Shown: in pieces, positions 50,700 through 64,000 of the stretch
Layout of the letters: every line of letters begins with the position of its first letter
How positions within the stretch are numbered: position 1 is the stretch's first letter
Assembly (NCBI GenBank): GCA_016748015.1
Contig: JAAOMT010000088.1
Span: 91,969 to 155,968 of the forward strand
Reading direction: 5' to 3'
From: Geosiphon pyriformis uo1
Taxonomy: Eukaryota > Fungi > Glomeromycota
DNA: 64,000 bases
The notes under the pieces: generated by a model
Seen by the model: the letters and a program-made list of their open reading frames with translations, nothing else
Told to the model about the DNA's origin: nothing
Databases searched by the model: none
Translations under genes and position numbers: made by a program

Positions 50700-53600
50700 T
50701 AACTTTATTTTTATAGTTATATCCAGCAATTTTAAATATGTATTTAATATATTCTACTTTTTTTATTTAGACATCTTTTTGGACTATAACATGAATAAAT
50801 TAGCTATCAACTTCTTTGAATTTACAAGAAAAATAAAAAAACCAAGATTAATTTGTTTTAAACTCCAATAAATTTTCAATTTTTACAGCTAATAAAAATA
50901 AGCTACCAAAAACCAAAATTTTTAAGAATTTTCCAAAGTTAGAATCTTCAGAAATTATACAAAAATTTGGACTCTATTTTGTTGTCAAAAATCTTATAAA
51001 AACTTTAGCTTACATTATTTTTGGCCAGTTAATAATCCATTTACAATTTAGAAAAAATTTTTGCAAATTATTAATCTCAAAAAAAAAATACCAAAAACCA
51101 ACAAATATTCTAATTAAGCTAAACTTGCTAATAATAGTAATGTCACTCCTCTAATTTGCAAAGTCTAAGTGACTGGTTATTTCATTAATTTAATTTTAAA
51201 TAGTAGATTATTTGTTAGTATTATTGCCAAACACTTTTTTAAAGCAATTGGCAGAAAAATTAATAAATTTTCTATTTAACTAATGACCAATATATATAGT
51301 AAGAAAAAAAAAATTTGGGTATAACCAAAGCTATTTTTATTTACATTAATAATATCAGCATTAAAACTGACATGAAAGTATTTAAAACCAAGATATATAC
51401 TATAATTATTAATAATAAATAGCTTAAAAAAGCCAAAGTCTTATTTAACTATAAGTTATACAAATTAATCATCAAATATGGTAAGAAGCCTATTGTGATT
51501 AAATATTATTACTAAATAACTTCTCTAGTATTTAAGCAGAACCAAAAAAAAAAACAATTAGATAAATCAAATAATAAAAAAAATGATAATAAAAAAGAGC
51601 AAAAAGAATAAAAAAAAACTGCTAAACTTATCTATATTACTTTTATTAGCAATAGCAAGCTATTAAACAATATTAAAGCTGACAAAAAAGAAATCATTGT
51701 AAATGGCAAGCTAATTTACTAGTCTTACTATAATATTTTTAGAAGAATCTTTGATAGAAAGCTTAGCAAAAAAGCCAAATACAGTTATTAGTAATATGGT
51801 CCTTGTGTTTGATGCTAATACAATAAACCATTTTATTCTTCTAATAATAAATATATGTTTTGTCTAATTTATTACAAAGATTAAAAACCAATCAGCTTAA
51901 TATCTTGAAAAAAAATAAAAAAAGTACAAAAGTTTTTTGAAAGTAAACCACTAGAGATATAATTATTAATAATAGAATAAAAAAAATCTTTTTCAGAAGA
52001 AAAAAAAATTGATATTAAAAATCTGTTAGTTAGAAATAATCCAGTTATCTTAAAAGAAAGTGATATTCTTGAATGTATTCATGTAATACAATATATTATT
52101 ACCATTAAAAAAACTTGCCCTATCTATTTAAAACCTTATTAATCTAATTATCATAATAATAAGTTTATCAAAAAAGAAATAAACCAGATAAAAAACCTTG
52201 GATTTATACAAAAAACCAAGAATAAATAAGTATTTTCAATTGTAATAGTATTCAAAAAAAATAGAATCTTATACTTTTGTGTCAACAATCATTAATTAAA
52301 TGCCATTACTAAAAGAAACATATATCTACTTTTCAAAATTAATATAATGCTGAATCAATTTAATAGTGCTACTTTTTTTTTAATCATTAATTTAATTGCT
52401 GGATTTTAGCAAGTAGAAATGAATTTAGAAAGCAAAAAAAAAACTGCTTTTATTATTAAGTATGGTACCTACAAATTTACTGTTATATTTTTTGGTCTTA
52501 CTAATATTCTTATTACTTTTTAATGTTTAATGAACAAAGTATTTGAATCAATAAAAGAAAACTTTGTTTTAGTCTATTTAGATGACATAATAGTATATTT
52601 AAAAATCTGGAATAAATATCTTAAACATTTACAAAAAGTTTTTGATCTCCTTAAAAATACTGGTCTTAAGATTAATCCAATTAAATCTTTTTTTAGACAT
52701 CAATCCACCCAGTTTTTTAAATATTTTATTACAAAAAATGAAATTTTTCCTAATTCAGCCAAGATTAAAAAAATCCAGAACATTAAACAACCAATAAACA
52801 TTTATAAATTATGCTTTTTTCTTGGTTTAATATTTTATTATCACAAATTTGTCAATGATTTTTCTAAAATTGTCTTTTTACTCAATTAGCTACTTAAGAA
52901 AACTGTCAATTATTATTAAAACATATATCAACAAAAAGCTTTTAAAACTCTGAAAAAAAATTAATCATTAAGTCAATTCTTAAGCAATCTAATTTAGATT
53001 AATTTTTTATTTTTTACACTAATACATCTGGCTTTGAACTTGGTGTTGTTCTATAAAAATGATAAAAAACATGTCATAGCTTATGCTAACAAATCTTTTT
53101 TCTCAGCAAAACAGAATTACTTAGTAATTAAACAAGAATGCTTAGCAATAGTATGGTCTACTAGCTACTAAAGTAAGTATTTTTTTGGTGTAAAGTTTTT
53201 AGTAGTAACAAATTATCAAGCTTTGGTTTGGCTATACAACAAAAAGAAGCTAGAACACAAATAAATAATTTACTAAATACTCTACTTAGATGAATTTGAC
53301 TATAATATACAATATTGCAAAAGAGCTTATTATCAAAATACAGACACTTTTTCTAAATTTACTATTCAATAATAGTACAATCTTCTTAAACCAAACCAAC
53401 TTATTTATTAGTAACTCTTTCTTAAACAAACATAATAATAGATTTAGACAACTACTTTGTCTTAATAGTAAAGAACAATATTTACCAAATTATACTTAAC
53501 AACAAAAAGAATATTTGCATAATTAATTAAATTTCTATTTAATTTGCCAGAACCAATTTTACAAAAAAAATAAAAAAAATTCTGATTATTTTTAAAGAGT

Positions 53601-56200
53601 ATCAAATTTGAAGAAAAAAAAATTGTGATTTATAATATACATATTGATTATTAACTGAATACTTTGGAAAAACAAAAACAATTCAGAAAATTCTTACTTA
53701 CTATTATTAATTTATCTTAAAAAAAAATATTGTTAAATACATCAAAACTTGTGATATCTGTCAAAAAAAAACAAAGAAGATATATATTTTATTTTTGTTG
53801 GTTAACTATTTAACAGAATTGGTATAGATATTGTTAAATTTTTAACAATAACTTCTAATGACAATAGATATATTATTATAGTTATTGACTATTTTACAAA
53901 ATAAGTAAAAGCAAAAGCCACTCCAAATTAAACAGCAGTCTTTATTGCCAATTTTATTTATAAAGATATTATTTGTTACCATGACTGTTTCAAAAAACTT
54001 TTATCTGACAGAAAAAAAGCTTTTCTTAGTATATTGATTAAAGAATTTTGTAGAAAAATGAGAATATGTTATAACCTTTATTACTCTTAAATAAATAGTC
54101 TAGTAGAATATAACATTACATAAAATCTTGGCCAAAATTAGTAAAGAAACAAATTTATAAAACAAAATACTGCTTTTAGTCTTATTTGTTTATAAAACTG
54201 TGAATTATGACATAACAAATTATGAATTTTTTTATTTGCTCTATGGACAAATAACAATACTACCAATAAAAACTAATATTAAAACAATATTTTTTGAAAA
54301 AATCATAATAAGAAATTACAAAATCATTTTACAAAAAAAACTTGATATTATTCTTGACTTCTTGGTAAAAACACAAATAATTACCTTTGAGAAAATAAAA
54401 TAGTTTTAAGAAAAACTTATAAAACACTTTTCTTAAGTATTAATGACTTAGTTTTAAAATATCACTTAGACAAAAACAATATCTATGATAATAAATTTTC
54501 TAACCAATGGAAAAAACTCTTTATAATCAACAAAGTTTTAAATAATAGTTCTTATATCTTACAAAATTAATATAAAACAATTTTTAATAATTACATTGTT
54601 TATGGTATATAACTCAAAAATTTTACAAATAACCTAATTGTTTATCTGTTATGGTGTTAATGGAGGTTTTTGGTCTCTTTTTTTAATTGTTGTTAATATC
54701 TGTCTGTTGCTAATTTCATGTTTTCTGGAAGCAATTGAACCTCCAATAACTGAGTTTATCTTCAAATTATCTCTTATAATTTGCTGAGCTTATAAGTAGA
54801 ATGGCCAATTCTATGCCAGTTACTTTATGTAGTTACATTGTAGTAAATGTCAACTCTTTTCCAGGAATTGCTCATCTGGAAGCTTACTAAAAATGTGTAG
54901 TTACTTTGCTGTGAAAGTCAACTCTTCTACAAGAATCTTGTCTGTAGGCTACCCTAATAATTATAATAAGAAAATAAAAAAAAAATAAAAGAAAAAGTAA
55001 AAGAAATCAAATTCTGTCAAGGGAAACGTTTTCTATCCAGGCCTAAAGTCACTAACAAATTACTGAAATTGGTAGTTAATCAATTTCAAAATGTTAGTTG
55101 TGTTGAGGGAATTTCAAGTACAATAATCAAAGAATTTGGTTTTCAAATATTTAATTTTTATTTGAATGTGTAAAAGATAATTTGTTCTAATTAAGATATC
55201 TAAAGTAAGATACTATGTTAAGATACTATGAGAAGATACATTTTTTTGAAGAAAAAAGCTCTTCTTTTATACAACTTGTTGTAGTACTAGTCTTTGAACT
55301 TGCACTTTTCTCTTTGCTACAATTTTGGTGAACTAAAGATATATTTTGGCGAACTACAAGTTATTTCACTGAATTATTGATTATTTCGGCCAATTTTCAT
55401 TAATTTCGGCGAATTTTGACTATATTAAATGGTTTAGAGTATTGTGTAATTTGATTATCTTAATTTCTATTATACAAATCGAATTATTAATTGATTAATG
55501 ATATTTGATAATTTGATTAAATAATAAATGATAATCGAAATAATAATATATGCTAATTAATAATAGAAATTATGAGGGTAATTTCATGCTAATTAATAGC
55601 TAAAATTCTACTAGTAACAATGGTAATACCAACTCAAAAAATTAGTAAAAATCAAATATAAATAAATACACTATTCCCAAAACAGAAATATCTTCAATCA
55701 ATATAAACAATTATTTTTTGAATTAAAACATTCAAAATGTTTTTTATACTCTCTATAAGTATTGAATCAAAAATTATTCAAATGCTATTCTGATCATTAG
55801 AAAACAGCCACCATAACCAATAACAATAGAACATATATTATTATTAAACCAAAGAAAACCACTATCAGAAAAGAAAAAATTGGTAGTAAAATAAATAAAT
55901 ATATACTTAAAAGCATAATAGCAAATATACTATTACTTTTTAATACATTTGAAAAAACAATTAAAAAAATTTTGCTTATAGACAAAAACCTATTATATAA
56001 AAGACAACTAGAGTTTATGGTCGACTTAAAGAAATTATAAAAGACATAAAGCTTATGAAAAAAACAACTTCAGAGATACAAGTAGAAATTCTGAGCATTA
56101 TATGATTAGATATTTCAAAAATTTTGACTATTGTTAAAAGAGCCAAAATTCTTTAACAAAAATTTGGTTTTTGACCATAAATTAAAAGGATTTTACAGAT
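50700..56200 (+). mobile_element. Decayed Gypsy element D (PR-RT-RH-IN), interrupted by a solo LTR
   Basis: LILNSRLFVSII (~51190), LVYLDDIIVY..GLKINPIKS (52530-52889), RH ~53010-53350, IGIDIV..VIDYFTK (~53815-53905). Its own LTRs were not identified. Confidence 0.8.
54655..55619 (-). repeat. Solo LTR (family 2)
   Basis: tgttaa...tagtaaca. Perfect 4-bp TSD ATGG (54651-54654, 55620-55623). Reverse complement of 34163-35143. Confidence 0.9.
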
Positions 56201-57972
56201 TAAGTAAAAGCCCCAATTTTGTTGTGTAAAATATTTTCATATCATCATTTTATTATTATTATTATAATTTAATAATTATATATTATGTTGTTGAAGATTT
56301 GACTTTGGAAATTTTAATAGCTTACAATTGTATTTTATTTTCTTTTGATATTTCCATATTTTAAATTCAGTAAATTTTGTTTTATTGGTAACTAAAATTA
56401 AATGTTCTTTTTTTCCAAACTTTTTTACGGTGTTCAAAAGGAAGAAACAGATTGTTAATCATATATTAATTTGTAATTGTAATGTTATCCATAAATAGAT
56501 ATTGATAAATGTCAAATTTAATAGGCTTTTTTTTTAATTAACATTCTTAAACAAAAATGAACTTTAAAAAAATTAATAATAAAGACTGATATGTAACCCA
56601 TTGTGCGTAAACGTGTTGAGGTTTGTATCATTCGAAAGATTGAAATTAAAGAAAAAAGATTTCCTTCGCATGAATAAACCAAATCAAAAGGTCCGTAAAA
56701 AAATATATTAAAAAACTAAATTTAAATAAAATATCTTTTGGCTTTTTCCAAAATAACTTTGGGGAAAAATTTTCTCGCTATTTTAGAAAATTCTCATATT
56801 AGTTCTCTTTCTGTCTAGTTGGAAAGATATTTGAAGAGGATTTAATGCTGATTGGGTAAGCCTATGATCTATTTTTTCCAATATCTTGATAACCTTTTTC
56901 TTTTAGGTGTTCAAAGAGAAAAAAAAAACAAATCAACAAAACCAAAAGGTTACCACGAGGTTATCACCGGTGTTTATCGCGGGTATAAACTTTCCCCAAA
57001 TTAAATGACGACAAATCGTAATATGCTGAAAATCTTTATGAATTTTGTAGGAAAAAGGTAAGAAAAATTATTATGGTTAAAAAAGAATATATATATATTT
57101 TTTTCTATCTTTCAAATCGGTTTAGCTTTTTTTTCTCGTGATAAGAATTATTAATTCTGGATCAGCATTACAGAATATGTCATACAAATATTGTTGTTTA
57201 AACCGTTCATTTTAAAAAAAATAATAATTTCAGAATCATTTGGAATTCTCACACTTTTTTGGAGATCTCTTCCGGATCTTCTAGAACGCTAAAAATGGGT
57301 ATATTCTGAGAATGTAAATCGTAATAGGAATGATTTGGAATGTGGAATAAATTTATTGAACGAGAGTCAACTAGGCTAAATTTGAAACGATCTTTTACTT
57401 AGATATTGGACGCAAATATCGAGTCTGGTATGAACTATATTCTTTATGGCTGAGGTATTTTCTTTTTTGATTTCTTTTACCAAAGATTAAGGTTCATTCA
57501 CAATATGAAATAAGGTCTCATTGAGCCATACAACAATTTTTCTTTTTCACTTCCCAAAATCTAGAATTTGTGCTTCTTGATTTACTTGAAATAATATAAA
57601 AGGCGAAAACGACCATGCGTTTGTCATATACTTTTTTAAATTTTTAAAAGAAAAGGATTCTCTTAAAGAAAATTCCCCATAGAGCTTTATTGATTGTCTA
57701 ATAATTTACGAAATGTAAATGATAAGCGATTACCCTTATGAGTTAACCCTTTCATAAATCAAAGATAATTTTCTTTTGATTGGATAAAAATTTCTATTTA
57801 ATTGAAAGAATTATCAATGTATGGATGCTAAGCAAGTTTTTGGGATAGTCTGGACTTAACCTTGGTTTCTGGAACGTTTTAGTAGCACATTGTTCCTAGG
57901 AAGTTGTTTTTCCTCTTAAAAATTTTAAACACGAAATAAAATTTGAATAATAATAATATTATTATTGTATTC

Positions 57973-58062
57973 TTGTTGTTGTTGTTGTTGTTGTTGTTGT
58001 TATTAATTGTTTTTATTAATTGTTGTTATTGTTATTGTTATTGTTATTATTATTATTATTAT
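57973..58062. repeat. Compound (TTG)n/(TTA)n microsatellite
   Basis: Directly visible. Confidence 0.9.
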
Positions 58063-58725
58063 TTCGGTTATAATGTTATAAATATTTGGGAAAGATAGAA
58101 AAATTTTTGAACTCAAATTATTAAAAATTGAACGATTATTAAATTTTCAATCGTTGGTTCTTTTTGGGATAATTTATTATTTGATCATTTTCAAAGGTAA
58201 AGTAATTGATTGGTTTCTGAGAATCTTGTAACCATTCCATCAGTCGGGTAATTAAAAATTAAAATAAACCCCAAATTGAAATTCAAATATTGGTTGGTCA
58301 TACAATAAAGTATAAATTATAGCATATAATTAACCTGGGGGCGCCATGCGAGATGCCATCTTCCGAGTCAGATTTATCGTTAACAAGTTTTCTTTTTAAA
58401 CTTTCTGCACGGATCGAATTTTAATAAAACTTTAAATTTCTCTGTGCGATACAAACAAAAACACATTCCTTATTTTCAAATTTAAATTAATATATTTCAA
58501 AAAGAAAATATATATATATATTTGAACTCATACTAATCACATTCTCAAAAACATCAATTTCCATTTATGGACTTCTATAAATCATTTAAACACATACTTT
58601 AGGGTTTTTTCTTGATTCACTTTGCATGCATTTTAATTGGTGATGGTCCTAAATATCATCCTATCATTAAGAATGACTCAATTTGATAATGATCATGTAA
58701 CCCATTTAATTGATTGATTGATTAG

Positions 58726-58730
58726 CATCC

Positions 58731-58764
<34 letters not shown>

Positions 58765-58775
58765 TATCATTATCA
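58726..58775. repeat. (CAT)n microsatellite
   Basis: Directly visible. A similar (AAT)n(CAT)n tract lies at 60532-60582. Confidence 0.9.
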
Positions 58776-59643
58776 TTTTTAATGCCGTACACCAGATTTA
58801 AAAAAAATGATACATTTAATTAATTGTTGGTTATTTGTGAAATCATGATTTTTTGGACAAATGATTGTTTGATTGAATTTGAAAAGAAAAAAAAAAGCGT
58901 GTGAATTAATGTTTAATCATTTTTAGAAATCAAAGGAATACGTCACTTTCATCATCAAATTCTTTAATATATATCAATTGTTGCTTAATTTCAAAATGAT
59001 ATTAAGCAACAATCGTATCATTTTTGAAAAATAATATCTTTATAGATTAAGGATATAAATCACCTGATCACGCTTATCGCCTATATGGTAGAAGGCTTGC
59101 TCGTGTGTAAATTTTTAACGTAATTGATACGGTAAACAAGTATATATTGTTTTTAATTATCTAATTCCCACTGTATACCTTATAAATCATGTTATCCTCA
59201 TAGTGGGGAACGCTAAATTCTTTTGGCAATGTGTACAAAAGTTATTGCAAATAATTGATAAACATTAATACTCGCTAATAGTAGAAGTTAAAATTAGAAA
59301 ATGGCGTAAAAAAAAGAAAAAAGATATTATAAAAAAGGGCGTGGTTGGGAAACCGGTTTTCCCAAGGGAAAAATAGTATTTAATCATGTCAGCGCCCACG
59401 TTTTTTTTTTTTTTTTTTTAACAAAAAAGCAAAACTGATACTTCTCTCTTTTTTTCTCACGAACGCTTTTTTTTGAAACAAAATTTTTCGCTCCAGACAA
59501 GCACATTCCAAGCGAAATTTATAAATCTCATTTTATTATCTGCCTGGTATCGTCTATGTAAACCTTGAAACTTTATTTCATCGGTTCATAAAGCTTTCTG
59601 TAATATTCTTGGATTTTTTATGAAAAAAAAAAAACCTTGATAA

Positions 59644-59685
<42 letters not shown>

Positions 59686-59830
59686 CATTTGATATTTTTA
59701 AACCCCTCCCCAAACCAAAGAATTTTTCCAAAAAACATTTTTTACGAAAAATATTTCTTTCACCTTCTATCCTTTACACAATATCTATCATTCTCATCTC
59801 AACTTTTTTACTATAATCACAGAATTCATT

Positions 59831-60319
59831 ATGCATTACAGTCACTCATCCCTACCAACCCCACTCCCAACTATCTACGACTCAATCCCACTTTCCCTGG
59901 AAACACCAGACTCCCTTTCATCATCTTCTTCCTCCTCATCGTCGTCGTCGTCATCTTCGTCCTCATCATCATCATCCCCTTCATCATCCACATCAAATTT
60001 ACACGCTAATCTTTTTACAACCGAAATCTATCCTGAGGCTTATATTCCATGTAGTTCCGCTAGTTCTTCAGCTTTTTCATCAGCCAATTCTAGCCCATTC
60101 GGTAGTCCCTATTTGTTACCACGACAAACCCCACCTAGTAGCGACAGTTTCTTTGATCAAAAAGATCTACATATGTTTGCTTTACCCCCACCACCATCAC
60201 GAATTATTCGTAAACCATCGAAAACCGCAATCAGTCGTCGGAATTCGTTGTTGTTGGATTCAATTCTTGAAGAAGATATTGGATCAGTTGATGAAGTGAC
60301 CATTGGAAATCGTGTTTGA
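59831..60319 (+). CDS. Small intronless Ser/Pro-rich hypothetical protein (162 aa)
   Basis: ATG-started open frame with higher GC and intact CpGs in non-repetitive DNA. Upstream promoter-like region, poly-Ser tract, C-terminal RRNS..LDSILEE. Confidence 0.65.
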   Translation: MHYSHSSLPTPLPTIYDSIPLSLETPDSLSSSSSSSSSSSSSSSSSSSSPSSSTSNLHANLFTTEIYPEAYIPCSSASSSAFSSANSSPFGSPYLLPRQTPPSSDSFFDQKDLHMFALPPPPSRIIRKPSKTAISRRNSLLLDSILEEDIGSVDEVTIGNRV

Positions 60320-60548
60320 TGATGAATTTTTCAAGTGGAATTTGGGGATTAGTTTTACTTGATTTCATTCGATTTGATTTGATTTGATCATCTTTGGGTT
60401 AATTCGTGTCAAGGTATTATTATAGAAAGTATTTAAACTTTCTTTAAACCTTGAATTAATATATTTTTCTTGTGAATTTTTATTTTTGTACATTTTTGAC
60501 AATCTGTATATAATCTCATCACGCATTTCTCATAATAATTATAATAAT

Positions 60549-60582
<34 letters not shown>

Positions 60583-62151
60583 GTCGTATTATCATTTAAG
60601 TTTTACCTTATATTAATAGTGACAGATTTTTTTTTACTTTCTTAATAATTCATATTCTAATTACCTTTATCATTATAATAATTGAAAATATGATTAATAG
60701 TAAGTTTGAAAAACATTATTCAGTATTGTTTCTTTTTAGTCATGAGACACATTAAGTCTTTGATTTAATCGTGTTCATTATTTTCTTTGGTGCATGGGAT
60801 AAATTAAGATTTTGATTTGATCAGAAATGAAACATGACAACATCTCATTTTCAATTTCATCATAATTTGTGATCAATTGAAAGTTTTATAATGAATAGTT
60901 TTTATCAGTAAATTATTTCAAAATTTTCTCCCCCTTAAAATCGTATATAAAAGTTCATTTTAAAGATCATACGAATATTAAATTTTCCAATTCTAACCCA
61001 TTTGGGTTCATCTTCAATAATTCAATATGTTTGAATTACTGAACCAATTTGTACCGAACATTATTATATTTTGTTAGTAGTATCCTTAGTCTCTTAAATA
61101 ATGTCTGACAAAGACTTTATAAAAAAATAATAATCCTTGTTTGATGAAAGAATAAAGTTATAAATCAATCAATCAATCAATGATCCACTAAAAACCATGA
61201 GATAAAAATTACATATTACGAAAAATATCGTCACAAACACGTCACATTTTTTAGGTACAATTAAAATCTCCTTGGTTGGTTAAAAAAAAAATTGAAATAT
61301 GGTCCTATAAAATATTAGATTCTTTTGAACACCTGATAAGAGATGATCAAATTATCTGAGTGAAAGTTTTTTGAGTTCAGAAACACAATAATTTTTTTTT
61401 AACTCACCATATGACCCTCCATTTAAAATTAAATGAATCATAATTAATATATTAATCGCCCAGTTTGTTGATAACAAAAAGGTTTAGCACATTAATTAAA
61501 GTTGTATTGATTCCCCTTTTTTTTTGTTCAAATCTTGAACACATTTTGTTCGCTTACTGGGAAAACAAATAAATTAATTAATTAAATAGGTATTTATCGG
61601 TTAAAAAAAATTAAAAAGTAAAAGGAATAAAATTTTAAAAATTTTTTTTTAACTTTCTGATTAATAAATGTACATGTATAATTAATTCATTTCATTCGAA
61701 AACCAAAGATCTAAACATCTGCAGCTATCCTCTCTCATAGAGGAATTTAAAAAATTTCATTTATAAACTTTTGAACGAAAATCTTTAAAATACTAAATTT
61801 GAATAAGACCTTTTCTGATAATTATTTAATACTATTTTCAGATACTTTTCAACAAAAAAAACCTTTTTTAACTATTTTATCCGTTTTTGATTAAGGTGAA
61901 AAAGAATCATAATTAAAAGAATCAAGGAGTTATTTAATTAAATTTTCCTAGAATTTTTTTTTGATATCACTCCCGATTTCGATATTAAAACAAAGTTTGG
62001 AGAAACATTTTAATGATAATATTTGGGTTTTTTGAAATCATGATTTACATCTAGTCTTTTCCCTAAGTACTTGAATAACTCTCGAAAATTTATTCATGTT
62101 TATAAGGGAACCAAAATTACAGATATATAAATAATTGGTGATCGAAAAATG

Positions 62152-62292
<141 letters not shown>

Positions 62293-62694
62293 TTTTAAAT
62301 TCTCATTATTGCTAATCAAGTTACAAATAATGACTTGTAAATGTTAATTTCTGATACAGAACATTCGAATGTTCTATAGTTTAGATCAAATAGTTTTATT
62401 TTGATTATTTCAGATACTGTAGATATGTGATAATTATTAGATATCATATCTATTCCTATCTAAATATTATTGATCTTACCAAGTTACCTGTAGAAAATTT
62501 AAAATTCTCTCATTTGATAGTATTTTTCCAATATATATTTTATTTTCCAAACTTTGAAAAAAACAATTAGGTCAAATTTTGTATAACATTAACTTGTTTT
62601 TAAACAAGAATCTGCTTGCCAAAAAAATTGAATATTTTATCAATGACTATTTAGTCCCAAAAGATTAGATTTTGATGAGGAAAAATCCGATAGC

Positions 62695-62730
<36 letters not shown>

Positions 62731-63219
62731 AATATGAAGTATAAATGAGAAAAAAAGTATAACTAGAAAAAAGCAGGTTCTAGTTTTTTTCATTATCGTT
62801 ATGTGGGATCAACTTTTTTATCAAAAATGAATAGAATTTCACCTGCATGCATTATTTGACACATATATGGTAATTGTTAGAATGTGGTGCTTCTGAACAG
62901 AGATTTATTTGTTATGTGCTTTTCTAAACATCTAAACCTTAATCTAAATTCAGTTTCTTTTTTATCCTCTGTTCTCTTTAATTATGAATCGTTTTAACTA
63001 TGATCATAAGAATATTTTTCACAAAATATTTTTCAGTTTTTTTTTTCTCAAAATTTTTGCTTGTTTGCCAAATTTAGTATTCGTCATTAGGATCGGGTTA
63101 GTTGATTCCCAAGAAATGAAATTTGACGGGGAAATTTCAGGAAAAAAATCTGTTAAACAAGATCTGCATTAATTATTTGTGTAAAAGACACAGATTTTGA
63201 GATAGAGATAAAAAGATGT

Positions 63220-63258
<39 letters not shown>

Positions 63259-63554
63259 CTTAACGTGTCATATAACACACACGTATTTAATTTTGGCATT
63301 CAACGTCTAATTCTAATAATTAAAGATTTAAATTTTTATTAAATTTAACAAATCATGCAAATATTAAATAAAATGAGTTTTTTAAAAATAATTATTTTCA
63401 TCAAAGGTTAATATTTTTTAAAAAAAATTTTTAAACAAATAATATTTTCTTTATTAAATGTTATTATTACATTTTAAATATTTTATCTAATATTATATCA
63501 CATAAATTATCTTTGTTTTTTATCTATATTTTTAGTTTATGGTTTATTTTTAAC

Positions 63555-64000
63555 AAAATACTTATTTATTTTATTATTTTAATGCTTTTACAAAGTATGA
63601 TTCTATTATTTTCTATATACATCAAATTAAACAATTCTATAAATAAGTAAAACTTATACAGTTTTACCATATAACCAGCCATCTAAATCAAAGTTAATAA
63701 ATACTTATTAATTTTTTAAATTAAATACATTCAATATTTTTATTTTACTAAAGTAATCTTTAAAAATTTATTTATTACAAATATAAATTTTTCTATTACT
63801 TTCTTATTTTTTATCTATTGCAACTTATATATTATATATTATAAATAATTAAAACTAAGTATTTAATTTTCAAAATCACAATAATTAATAAAATAAGTTT
63901 TTTATATTTTAAACTTAATTATAACTTTTAAATTACTTTAAAAATAAGTTTAATCTGAATTTTTAAAAAATAAAACATGTTTTTATATTTATAAACAAAA
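63555..64000 (-). mobile_element. Very decayed LINE-type 3' end
   Basis: 63660-63700 reverse complement reads tttgatttagatggctggttatatggtaaa, matching the shared tail motif (gagtggctggtcacgtgtaga). T-rich end at ~63560. Confidence 0.5.

Noticed and set aside
59689-60009. Overlapping hydrophobic 106-aa ORF
   Set aside because: Alternative frame of the poly-Ser repeat with a non-ATG start.

Overview
AT-rich eukaryotic (fungal) genomic DNA. The short GT-AG introns, gene set and TE types suggest Glomeromycota/Mucoromycota, possibly Geosiphon-like (inference, not verified). Roughly three quarters of the window is nested, decayed retroelements: several Ty3/Gypsy LTR elements (two carrying a dUTPase between protease and RT), two solo LTRs and two RNase H-containing LINEs. 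There is also a multi-copy family of ~2.3-kb elements that encode only a LINE ORF1-like protein, yet end in the same structured 3' tail plus poly(A) as the autonomous LINE. A compact host-gene island at ~10-18 kb holds a Mutator-like transposase pseudogene, TSC13, an SLS1-like gene and POP5. A microsatellite-rich region at 56-63 kb holds one small Ser-rich ORF. The most notable signals are (1) the ORF1-only 'half-LINE'/LINE partnership with a shared 3' RNA structure, (2) transition-only, multi-context C->T/G->A decay confined to repeats, and (3) Gypsy pol with a dUTPase, a Cys-rich insert and an extra 3' ORF. All alignments and counts were done by eye, and boundaries of heavily decayed elements are approximate.
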